A stretch of DNA of 63,817 nt, filler included, from Octopus bimaculoides (GCF_001194135.2; 7 parts of 7 records of this genome joined end to end with filler, not necessarily neighbours in it); one strand, 5' to 3'; shown: positions 49,449-61,438, counted from the first letter of the whole stretch. Notes: generated by a model not told the origin, from the letters alone. Numbers and translations: made by a program.

Positions 49449-50254
49449 ATAAAAAAATGGCTCAAAATTTCACTAAAATTTTGCTAAACTAGTTGGAGGA
49501 AATCTGGATNNNNNNNNNNNNNNNNNNNNNNNNNNNNNNNNNNNNNNNNNNNNNNNNNNNNNNNNNNNNNNNNNNNNNNNNNNNNNNNNNNNNNNNNNNN
49601 NNNNNNNNNNNNNNNNNNNNNNNNNNNNNNNNNNNNNNNNNNNNNNNNNNNNNNNNNNNNNNNNNNNNNNNNNNNNNNNNNNNNNNNNNNNNNNNNNNNN
49701 NNNNNNNNNNNNNNNNNNNNNNNNNNNNNNNNNNNNNNNNNNNNNNNNNNNNNNNNNNNNNNNNNNNNNNNNNNNNNNNNNNNNNNNNNNNNNNNNNNNN
49801 NNNNNNNNNNNNNNNNNNNNNNNNNNNNNNNNNNNNNNNNNNNNNNNNNNNNNNNNNNNNNNNNNNNNNNNNNNNNNNNNNNNNNNNNNNNNNNNNNNNN
49901 NNNNNNNNNNNNNNNNNNNNNNNNNNNNNNNNNNNNNNNNNNNNNNNNNNNNNNNNNNNNNNNNNNNNNNNNNNNNNNNNNNNNNNNNNNNNNNNNNNNN
50001 NNNNNNNNNNNNNNNNNNNNNNNNNNNNNNNNNNNNNNNNNNNNNNNNNNNNNNNNNNNNNNNNNNNNNNNNNNNNNNNNNNNNNNNNNNNNNNNNNNNN
50101 NNNNNNNNNNNNNNNNNNNNNNNNNNNNNNNNNNNNNNNNNNNNNNNNNNNNNNNNNNNNNNNNNNNNNNNNNNNNNNNNNNNNNNNNNNNNNNNNNNNN
50201 NNNNNNNNNNNNNNNNNNNNNNNNNNNNNNNNNNNNNNNNNNNNNNNNNNNNNN

Positions 50255-50336
<82 letters not shown>

Positions 50337-50417
50337 TGTATGAGTGTGTGTGTGTTTGCATGTGTGTGAGTATATGTATGTACATATATAGATAGATATA
50401 TATATATGTATCAGCTT

Positions 50418-50846
50418 ATAGAAACTAACAATGGAATATACGAGAGACTGTTGCTCACAACGATCGTTTCGACCCATCTTGCAATGATCCCTCGTGGGTG
50501 GGATACTATTAAACTGGTTGTGGTGTTCTCGTAAGGTTATGTTATAAGGTGTATTCTCGTTAAATTAACTCTGTTTCGCTCGGTTTTAATACAGCATGTC
50601 CCTCGCTATTCCCGCCCAACGGCTTAAACCTACGGTCACTAACAACATGCTGCATTAAAACCGAGAGAAGCAGAGTTTATTTAACGAGATAGCCCTTATA
50701 ACATAACCTGACAAGACACCTCTGCTCTGAGGGTTGCACCACAACAAACTGTACAGGACCCCACCCGCAAGGGATCGATGCAGGTTGGGTTGAAACGAAC
50801 TTTGTGAGCAATAAAGTTTCTCGTACATTCCATTTTCTGTCTCTAT
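50418..50846. mobile_element. Foldback element / long inverted repeat (arms about 180-200 bp, 45-bp loop)
   Basis: Left 50418-50599 aatggaatatacgagagactgttgctcacaa...ggttttaatacagcatgt is the reverse complement, with mismatches and indels, of right 50645-50846 acatgctgcattaaaacc...ttgtgagcaataaagtttctcgtacattccatt. Confidence 0.9.
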
Positions 50847-51782
50847 CGTTCCATAGGCAGATCCAGCAATGATTGTACAAATACCACAGAAAGTATTTCT
50901 TCATTAGACGAATTATGCCTTTAGCTTGACAGATGATTATTATTATAAAACCTTGACATTTTTATGTTTTGTACTAATAATTGCTTTCCTAAACGTACAG
51001 ATATTTCTACTTTTTCCTATTTTATTTTATTTGCATTTTTAAATATTAGGATACGTTTTTTGAATTTACAAGACCTGAAGAGTGACCTCATTCTGAGTGG
51101 AACTTACCTTGATCGATTTATTGTAAATTGCACAGATCTTTTCCACTATTATGTGGCCACGAAACGCGCGTAGTCTATTATTCACTTTCGTTTCTATAAA
51201 TTTACTAAACTGAATTAAATTTTTAATCTAATATTTTATAGTTTTTATGGATTATAAATTTTCTTTTGGATTTTATATTTTTTGAATCAGTATTTAGAAG
51301 AGAACGTTTTTCTTGATGGTGTCTGATCTCTTTCATTGTCTGAATAGCCTCTTGGTGGTTCTTCTCTAAATTATTAATATATTTTTCATTATAAAATTCA
51401 ATTTGATATTATTAAATTGAATATCCTTGTAAGTTCGGATTATACATTACCTAATATCATAATATTTATATATATATTTTTTGTAGTTTCCCGTGGGAAA
51501 TCTTGGGTCTTGTGTTACAATAAATAATTCTTCGATCTCAACTGTCTGCTATGCTTTAACACNNNNNNNNNNNNNNNNNNNNNNNNNNNNNNNNNNNNNN
51601 NNNNNNNNNNNNNNNNNNNNNNNNNNNNNNNNNNNNNNNNNNNNNNNNNNNNNNNNNNNNNNNNNNNNNNNNNNNNNNNNNNNNNNNNATATATGTATAT
51701 TTTACGAATGCTCATGTAAATTTTTTTAGAAACACATTCTATACATGTTATGCTTGTATACATACACAATCACAGCCTACAC

Positions 51783-51829
<47 letters not shown>

Positions 51830-52200
51830 GACACACACGCACACACACACACACAATACGTGTATATTTGTATGTATACGTGGGTAAAAGTGATTGATTG
51901 TTTCTTCATAACCTCCGTATGTTCATGCAGTTACTTTTGTATTCTGACTTCATCAAAAATATATATATATATTTTTTGTAGTTTCCCGTGGGAAATCTTG
52001 GGTCTTGTGTTACAATAAATAATTCTTCGATCTCAACTGTCTGCTATGCTTTAACACCAGACAGCTCAATGTTGAGTCTTTTTCTTCATTCACACCTTCT
52101 CCGCTTAATGTTATCTTGTGTTGATCGCGTCCAGACTTATTCCTGTTTTCTTCGTTAGCGTCATGTTTCACAATTGTATTTTCAACGAAATTTAACGCGT

Positions 52201-52950
52201 TTTACCTTTTTCAGTCACTGGACCGCGGTCATGCTGGAGCTTCGCTTTGAACGGTTTTAGTCATGCATATTGATCACAATGCTTATGTTTCTCTTTTAAA
52301 GTTTGTGACTTATTCTATCAGTCTCTTTTGCCGGAGCTCTAAGTTACGGAGACTTAACTAAGCCAACACTGTTTGTCAGGCCGTGTGGGCAGTGACGATG
52401 ACAACACACGCACACACAGAGGCACGCACACACACACACACGCACGGACACACATACACGTATACACACACACATACACACACACATGCACACACACGCA
52501 CGCACACTCACGCACACGCGCACACACACACATGCACATACATACATATGCACACATATACACACATATACACACATGCACACACATGCTCGCACACTCA
52601 TATACACACAGGCACACGCATACGCACACGCACACGCACACGCACGCACATACGTACACACACATACACACGCACACTCACGCACACACACATGCGCACA
52701 TACACTTACACACATATACACACATACACACATGCACACTCACACACATGCACGCACACTCATACACACATATACACATACACACGCACACACACATATA
52801 TACACATGCCTAGTTTCCGTCTATGAATTTCACTCACAAGGTTTTGGTTGCCTCAGGGCCATAGCAGAACACGCGCAAGATGCAGAGAGACGAAAGAAGG
52901 AACCATGTGGTTCGTATGCAAGCTACGTATCACACAGCCACTCCTGCGCT
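52201..52950 (-). mobile_element. SINE family A with about 400-bp expanded internal CA-rich tract
   Basis: Tail and body 52201-52400, CA-rich tract about 52405-52808, then agtttccgtctatgaatttcactcacaagg...atcacacagccactcctgcg head. Confidence 0.8.
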
Positions 52951-53574
52951 CTAGATAGATACGAAGGAATGGTCACGACTGGAACAGTTTTGATCATAGT
53001 TTTGCACGATCAAGGTTAATCTAGAAATGAGCAACAACTAAAACTGGGAGAAATTACACATGGTTTCAAAAATTTGCATAACAACTATCAAGATCGAAAA
53101 AGGTGTCTTTGTACTAAATACGGCCTGCAAGCTTTCTCGTTTCCTAAACTGCAATAGAGCCTTTGGTTTTTTGCCAAGTGGATCTCTTCTAACAGCAGAA
53201 TCTCCTACCCATCACCTCTCAGCCCTAATGGATCTGTTCGTAGCATTCCAAATTCTACACAAAATGGAACCTGATCTTTGTTAATGAGTGCTTTGATGTG
53301 TTTTAAAGAACTTATGACTGTATTCTGAGCCGGAAAATTGCCCGTAAAGATATGTTTTTAAACATATTCATGTTTTTAAATAGCTGCATAGATTATGCTG
53401 AGGTGAAAGGAATTACAAAAATGTGTTTCTTAAGGTAAATATTTATAAATAAGTCATTTAACGATGTTTCTCGAAGCAAAGACGGCTATAAATAATTGCT
53501 TGTAATATTTTGAGCTAAAACTCTCTTGGATGAAGAAAAGACTCAAGGTTACTTATGAGACGCAAAAAAAAAAA

Positions 53575-53685
53575 TGCTGTCAGCCATATTTTGGTTTAAT
53601 ACCAGCAATTTCGGGGGAAAGGCTAAGGCAATTAAATGGAACCCAGTGCTCAGCTGGTGCTTATTTCATCGATCCCGAAAGCATG
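53575..53685 (-). mobile_element. SINE family B 3' part (tail type 3), truncated at the mariner junction
   Basis: ccagcaatttcgggggaaagg...cccagtgctcagctggtgcttatttcatcgatcccgaaag. Confidence 0.75.
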
Positions 53686-54010
53686 CGTGTAGTGATCGGA
53701 AAAAACAATTGGAAGTTGATCCGGGCGTTTTTTCGAAGGTCATTACTGATGAGGAAAGCAGATGCCACGGAATTTGCAGATGTAGAAGAGGTGAAGAAAA
53801 ACAGCAAAAAAACCCCAAAAAAACCATGGAGGTGCTAAGAGGCCTCACTTTGTAAGAGTTCCCGAACTGCTTCGAACAGTGGAAAACGCGTCTGAACCGA
53901 TGCATTGCTTCAATTGGAGAATTCTTTGAAAGCGATAAAAGTATGAAAACGTAAAACTAATTGAATAAAATAATACCGAAAAATTCCGGTTTCTTTTGGG
54001 TACCCCTAGC

Positions 54011-54013
<3 letters not shown>
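53681..54013 (+). mobile_element. Second copy of the deleted mariner, 3' part
   Basis: KQLEVDPGVFSKVITDEESRCHG fused to EFADVEEVKK...CFEQWKTRLNRCIASIGEFFESD. TIR aaattccggtttcttttgggtacccc followed by (TA)n. Confidence 0.9.
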
Positions 54014-54042
<29 letters not shown>

Positions 54043-54302
54043 GTATAAATATACGTAATAGATGATTCAACCATTTTATACAGGATATTGGTTATCCATT
54101 ACTATACAAACACATTCGCACATACAGAGGCATTAATAGTTTGGTGTAGTAGTAAATATATAGAAATGTGTGCGCGTGTGTGTGTGTGCGCGCACGCGAT
54201 CATGCACACATGTATATACATATATACGTACATATATGTATGTATGTTGTTTGTTTGTGTGCGTGTACATACACACACTTATATATATGTGTNNNNNNNN
54301 NN

Positions 54303-54344
<42 letters not shown>

Positions 54345-54503
54345 TTTGTGTGTGTGAATACTGTTTGTATATATATAATAATATAAATAATATATAAAAA
54401 ATATATAAATATACATATGTATACATATTTATGCGCGTACATATGTGTGCGTATATTGTTTGTATACATACACACACATACTCACACAAAGACACTGACA
54501 CAC

Positions 54504-54546
<43 letters not shown>

Positions 54547-54844
54547 CACACTATTTTATTATATATATATAAGTGCATATATTAGCCTATTTGATTGCTA
54601 ATATTCGTGTATATGCATATCGGGAGATGTATGTTTAATCGGTTTGCATTTGTGCGTAGGTGGTGTTTAATGTTTACACATACACACATCCATATAAGTT
54701 ATGTAAATACATAACACACACACACACAAACACACCTACACACACATACATAAAGATAGCCTGATGGATGCAGACATATACATAATACATATGCGTGTAT
54801 ACGCACTCTTATGCGTGTGTGCAAGAGCGTGCGTTTGTGTGTAA

Positions 54845-54891
<47 letters not shown>

Positions 54892-55590
54892 TTATAACAG
54901 GGTCCCCATATCCTGTAGATAGGTGTCAGTGGCAGGATGTCAGGGAAAACTAAACAGAAAGTTATGCGCAGAAATGAACGGGCTTAAATGTAGCCGGATT
55001 ATTTGGTAAGACATGAGTATGGCGACTGAAAGATCACCCAAAAAATAAAAACCAATGAGAAGAAAATAAAAAGGAAATGGTTTAAAGAATATGCTGAAAG
55101 TGCAGAGATATAATGTCGCCATTCTTGAAGGAAAGCTTTGAAATGCCGGAAGAATATGGCACCAATGTGGAAAATTGGAGCCCAATATTTGTCGTAAGTA
55201 TTTTCGCAGTCGTGGCCCTTGCGGCCTTGTGACCCATGTGGTCCTGTGGCCCTTGCGGATTTCGTAGGCAGAAGTCGAAAGAAACTAGCCNNNNNNNNNN
55301 NNNNNNNNNNNNNNNNNNNNNNNNNNNNNNNNNNTTAATTAATTAANNNNNNNNNNNNNNNNNNNNNNNNNNNNNNNNNNNNNNNNNNNNTATATAATTA
55401 ATCAAAGGACATACTAAGTATATTATTAATTCTGTTATTATCATTTTTTTAAATAGTCATTCCGGATGATAACAATTAATATCTGAGCAAATTAATTTTC
55501 GAGAATTATATTTTTTCTCGCGAATTGTTTGCCCCTGTATAGAATATATATATACGTACACACACAAAATATGTGTCTATAAATATAAAA

Positions 55591-56360
55591 TATGTGAAAG
55601 ACTTGGGGATCAGTATGTGCAATGACGCATCATTTCATATGCACATTAGCAAGATGGCAGCAAAGTGCAGACAACTGGCAGAATGGGTACTGAGGTCCTT
55701 CAAGACAAGAGACCAAGAAACTACGTTGACCTTGTGGAGAACCTTTGTCCTCAGCCGCCTGGACTACTGCTCCCAGTTATGGTCACCACATAGTGCCAAA
55801 CTAACGCCACCACACTAAAAAGATTGAAACAGTGCAGCGGATGAGCTACAAAGATAGGCTGAGAAAGCTATGACTTTACTCCCTGGAGCGAAGGCGTGAG
55901 AGATATGCAATAATATACACATGGAAATTCTAGAATGGCTAGTGCCTAACTTTGGCATTGAGTGTTATACAAATGCCAGAACTGGCCGCCATTGAATTGT
56001 ACCAAAGGTACCATCCACTCCTAAATTCTGGACCAGGTACTGCAATAGTCTAGGGTTCAAAGGCCTACAGCTCTTCAATGCCCTGCCATAAAAATTAAGA
56101 AATTTGCGTAAGATGAAAGTAGATGTCTTCAAAAAGAAACTAGACATCCCCCTCTTCACAATACCGGATAAACCAACAGCCCGACATCAGGTAGAGACGA
56201 GGGCAGCGGAATCGAATTCCCTTATACACCAAATGTACCAACAGTTGGGACAAAGGCACATACAAGAGTGGTGATGTGAAACACCCAGACTGAGGAAGTT
56301 AGGAAGACCATGGTAGTGCTCCAGCATGACCACGGCTGCATGGCTGAAACGAGTAAAACA
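55591..56360 (+). mobile_element. CR1-clade LINE, 5'-truncated: ORF2 C-terminus plus 3' UTR
   Basis: VKDLGISM..HISK..VLRSFKTRD..LSRLDYCSQLWSP; IETVQR; SYKDRLRKL*LYSLERRRERY; QLFNALP; FKKKLD; PDKP..RAAESNSL. ORF stop at 56272-56274, tail to about 56358. Confidence 0.92.
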
Positions 56361-56789
56361 CTANNNNNNNNNNNNNNNNNNNNNNNNNNNNNNNNNNNNN
56401 NNNNNNNNNNNNNNNNNNNNNNNNNNNNNNNNNNNNNNNNNNNNNNNNNNNNNNNNNNNNNNNNNNNNNNNNNNNNNNNNNNNNNNNNNNNNNNNNNNNN
56501 NNNNNNNNNNNNNNNNNNNNNNNNNNNNNNNNNNNNNNNNNNNNNNNNNNNNNNNNNNNNNNNNNNNNNNNNNNNNNNNNNNNNNNNNNNNNNNNNNNNN
56601 NNNNNNNNNNNNNNNNNNNNNNNNNNNNNNNNNNNNNNNNNNNNNNNNNNNNNNNNNNNNNNNNNNNNNNNNNNNNNNNNNNNNNNNNNNNNNNNNNNNN
56701 NNNNNNNNNNNNNNNNNNNNNNNNNNNNNNNNNNNNNNNNNNNNNNNNNNNNNNNNNNNNNNNNNNNNNNNNNNNNNNNNNNNNNNCAC

Positions 56790-57045
56790 ATTAAAAGATC
56801 CTTCGCAAGCCATAAACTCATAAGAGCTGGTTTTCTGGATTGTGTGGCGTATATATTCCTCTTCCGGACAGGACACCAGTCCGTTACCGAGTTATTCATT
56901 ATTGTCAGGTGAATGGACTGGAGCAATGTCAAATGAAATAATGTTCTGCTCAAGAACATAAAGCAACGCATCACCCGGTCCAGGTATCGAAACCACAATC
57001 TCACCACCATGAATGCAACACCTTAACCACCAAGGCATGCGCTTC

Positions 57046-57046
<1 letters not shown>
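56790..57046 (-). mobile_element. SINE family C, full length
   Basis: Reverse complement: gcgcatgccttggtggttaagg...ggtttcgatacctggaccggg...ttgctccagtccattcacctg...gacggactgg-like V segment and tail. Confidence 0.85.
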
Positions 57047-57091
<45 letters not shown>

Positions 57092-58329
57092 ATGTGTAAC
57101 ACACAAAGAAGAATGGAGAATTATGCATTTTTAACTCGTTATTTATAATTTATAACTTGCTTACGTACGTTTCAGTAAGCAAGTGTTATGTAATATAATG
57201 ATGCGTTAATTCTGCATAGTAATCGATCCATATTTAATCGACTATGGTATTATATAGATCTAGAGAATCGACACAAGCACATCCTTCTCAGAGCTTCTAC
57301 ACTGCAAAGAATATAGGACAGAGAATCGTCAGGATACAGTAGTAAACTACCTATTGTTGTTCCGAGCCAGCAATGGGTAAGGTCACGTGTTCGTCTTGGA
57401 TTTTAACATCCCTATTACTTTGCGCGCGCGCGCGCGTATGTATGTATGTATGTATGCATGTTATTGTTCAGTTTTATTTCAAGATTTCTTGCTAATAGAG
57501 AAAGAGCCGGTTTCTAACCTAGAGTTATTGGAATTTCAACATTAGCAACAGGGTATGTATGTATGTATGTATGTATGTATGTGTGTGTATGTGCAGATTT
57601 GTATTATGCATGTATTCTTATGTCTATAGTTGCATATCTAGACATGCTCAAAGTTATTTGAATGATAAACGTCTGGAAAGTTTTACAGATTTTTATAGTT
57701 CCAGTGATGGATTGGATCTGTAGTCTTCGAATTCGCTTTCTCCTTTCTGGTTTTCAGAAGCCTAATTTCTCAAGGTATGTATATATGTATGCATGTACGT
57801 ATTTCCTTTTTTTATTTTTACACCCGTAAGCTGAACAACTACCCTCAATATCCACTAAATAATCATACTTTTTCACATTTCTTTCGCTAAAAACATGGCT
57901 GATTACCTCCTTCGAAATCCCGAAAAACATCGTGGCCATTGATCCTGCCGTTTGACCGTGAAGAGGGTACAGACAGGCAGACAGACGGGCATAATGTCCA
58001 TTATAGTAAGATGGTCTTTGTTGACGTATCTTATGACGGTATTTTTGGCAGATATTTTTGACCTCGCTCTGTCTCTCTTCCNNNNNNNNNNNNNNNNNNN
58101 NNNNNNNNNNNNNNNNNNNNNNNNNNNNNNNNNNNNNNNNNNNNNNNNNNNNNNNNNNNNNNNNNNNNNNNNNNNNNNNNNNNNNNNNNNNNNNNNNNNN
58201 NNNNNNNNNNNNNNNNNNNNNNNNNNNNNNNNNNNNNNNNNNNNNNNNNNNNNNNNNNNNNNNNNNNNNNNNNNNNNNNNNNNNNNNNNNNNNNNNNNNN
58301 NTATATATATATATATTTATATATACGTA

Positions 58330-58520
58330 ATGTGGTTTGGCTACGTCTGCAGGATGAGCACCAGAAGACTATCACACCAACGTTTGTGGCGGCAGCGACG
58401 CACGCAAGACAGCTGCTCAATTCGGAGAGAGAGTGGTGTCCACCAGTTCGACAAAGGAATCTTGTCCATGTGTTTGCAGTTGCTGAAAATTTTGGATCTG
58501 GAATTAAGTAGTATGGTAGA
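58330..58520 (+). mobile_element. RTE LINE ORF2 C-terminal fragment
   Basis: MWFGYVCRMSTRRLSHQRLW (LRWFGHV.RM..RL type) and ...LKILDLEL. Confidence 0.65.
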
Positions 58521-60140
58521 ATTCTTGAATCTAAAAAGAGAATGTGCGATCTTTCAGTTACGCATAACTTGCATCTCTTTGATCAATTTACATACTAGAA
58601 TTCGAAAATGCACACGCTCAAAAGGGCTACAGACTGTCATAATAAACCTTAAAGTGTATGGGACTAGCATTGCTGCTCAAAAACATTGGAATCATTATAT
58701 GTTGTACATTCTGTGGCATCCTTTTATCACAAGAAATGTGTTTAGTTCATCGAAATTTGGTTATATCATATTCTCAGTTTTAACAAAACAATTGTGTACT
58801 AATACTAATGTCATCTTTACGTAATAATTCAATCTATGAATGATAATTTTTATAAATTTACAAGTAATCAACCAAAAATAATCTAGTAATAATTTGTTTA
58901 ATTCGCATAATATGTGTGTCATAATGCGAATTGTCTTTGCTTATAATTATTTCGGTTTCATACTTCCATTGTTTCGTACTTCATGATAAATCAAGTTTTT
59001 CTTTTATCATTGTAATTTGCATGCAGTGTGAAATATGTTTTTTTATATACTTTGGTACGAAAAGTATTATAATGAATTTACTTATTCGAAGTTAAAGATC
59101 ATATTTTGTACATTTTCAAAATTTTATATTAAGAACTCGGTTTAATAATTTTCGTGACATCGTAATTCACACAAAAGTCTCTTTTCGTTTTAAGATGCCA
59201 CAGAATGTACAACATATAGTGATTCCAATATTTTTGAGCAACAACGCCAGTCCCATACATTTTAAGGTTTATTATGACAGTGTGTAACCCCTTTGAGCGT
59301 GTGCATTTTTCAATTCTAGTTTCGTACTTTTTAAAGGCAACGCTTGTAATATTTTATATATGTACCGTGTTTCTCCTAATGGTGTGGCAACCTCTAATAA
59401 AGTGACACCCGAACGTCGACCAATTGAAATAGTGTGACTGTCACAATATTAAAAGAATGTATGATAAAATCGATAATAATTGTCGTATTTGTTTATTATT
59501 ATACGGAGAGATAAAATGGTTAGAAGAATCTGGTCGTGTGACATGACTTTCCAATATTATAACAAAAATTACCATAGAAGCTGCAAACCCGACCCACAAC
59601 CTCCCAAAAGTGAAAAAACGGCAGTCATTCATCACTGAGATAATTCACTTCAATGGCGGGACCAGATTCATATTATCCTAATAAATTCAGAAATGCGCTT
59701 AAGCTATTGAAATAAAGCGCTACACAGAGATAAAGAGTTATATCTCACCACTTCTGTCACATTTCCCGTCTGACCGTCATGCAAATCATTCTTCAAATAA
59801 TGCTTGTTGCTTTATATCGGCCATAACAAATTAATTTAATTTCAATTCAATTTAATTCAATTTTTCCAAAAACAACAGGTAGTTGCTAAGCAGCTTGGAT
59901 GGGAAAGCTATATACTGCTTACAAAGAGTTTTCGTCAACTGGCGTAATGTAACAGATATGTACTATATACTCAGTTTGCTTTCCAACTAAAATTCTGGCT
60001 AAACTGCAACTGTGTTGAGACTGCCTATCGAAGGCGGCTAGAAGTGGTTTCTCTTTGAGCGGGTAGATATAGATTAAAATAAAGATAAAAATGATATATA
60101 GATTGAAATAAAAATAAAAACGCAAAAGCTTTTTCATTTT

Positions 60141-60141
60141 A

Positions 60142-60204
<63 letters not shown>

Positions 60205-60217
60205 GATCTATCTATCG

Positions 60218-60261
<44 letters not shown>
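60141..60261. repeat. (CTAT)n microsatellite
   Basis: Directly visible. Confidence 0.95.
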
Positions 60262-60263
<2 letters not shown>

Positions 60264-60800
60264 GTATGTATGTATGTGTACTTGTTTCTTTGTTTCTGTC
60301 TTCATACGCATGCGTATAGCTACGTGTGCGCACGTATATGCACCTCAGTTGCTCGTATGTGAAGTTATGTCTGCCTTAAGTGAACTTTCTTTATTCCTTC
60401 CTTCCTTCTTTCCTTTCTTTTATTTCCCGTCTCTTGTCTTTTCTATTTTCATTCTCGCTGTGTCATGTTCATAGAGTCATTTTTATGTTATTGTTGTTCT
60501 TGCTACAGTCGTCGTTGCTGCGTCTTTTACCTTTATTTCGTGACTGTTCTTTCAACAAAGGAATTCCCACACTTTTCCTCTGATTCTATTTATTTCTGTT
60601 TCACACCAGGTCCACTCCCAAGAACAGCTCAGTGTGTTTTTGCTGTTGTTGTTGCCGCTACTGCTACTACTGCTGCTACTGTTGCTCTTACTGGTGCTGC
60701 TGACACTGGGGATGGTGATTGATGACACAATCTACAACAGAAGGCAATCTGAAGTATGCAGGACATAAAACATTCCTCACACTGCCCCCTCCAACAAATG

Positions 60801-60919
60801 ACGATGACAACAACGACGACGACCACCGCGACGACCACAACCACAACCACGACCACGACCACAACCACCACGACTACCACGACGACGACGACGACCACTA
60901 CGACGACCACGACCACCAC
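60801..60919. repeat. Degenerate (ACG/ACC/ACA)n trinucleotide repeat
   Basis: Directly visible; runs into a join. Confidence 0.9.
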
Positions 60920-61314
60920 NNNNNNNNNNNNNNNNNNNNNNNNNNNNNNNNNNNNNNNNNNNNTTAATTAATTAANNNNNNNNNNNNNNNNNNNNNNNNN
61001 NNNNNNNNNNNNNNNNNNNTATTTCATATGCGTTTTTCTTTAAGCATGCCTAGTGGAAGCAAAATGGAAGCACAGCGAAATATCAGTCTGGGCAGGTTTC
61101 CTTCGAAACAAAGTAACTATTTTAGCTCAGTTTCCAATGATTTAGACAACTTTTCAATGTGGTTATAAATACATTACATTCTTAAATTGACTTTTGAGTT
61201 ATATAAAAATTTAACAGACATGCAGTGCATGGCTAGCGTGTCTTGACTGCATGCCACTGGTATATATACATATGTATATATATACATATGCATGCATATT
61301 ATATATATACATAT

Positions 61315-61438
61315 GCCTGACAACCAATGATGTGTTTACGTCTCCTGTAACTTAGCGGTTTGACAAAAGAGGCCAATAGAACAACAAAGAATAACTCCTG
61401 GGGTGATTTGTTTGACTAAAGGCAATGCACCAGCATGT
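61315..61438 (+). mobile_element. SINE family A 3' part
   Basis: tgacaaccaatgatgtgtttacgtc..gtaacttagcgg...ctggggtgatttgtttgactaaaggc.atgc.ccagcatg. Confidence 0.75.

Noticed and set aside
51468-52057. Exact duplication of about 95 bp (51468-51562 and about 51963-52057)
   Set aside because: Same signature: (TA)n start and the first copy ends at a gap. Assembly artefact.
60719-60919. His/Asp-rich ORF (DDHNHNHDHDH...) as a metal-binding or beak-type protein
   Set aside because: It is one frame of an (ACG/ACC)n microsatellite (the other frames give poly-Thr or Arg/Pro). It has no GHG-type motif and is cut by a join.
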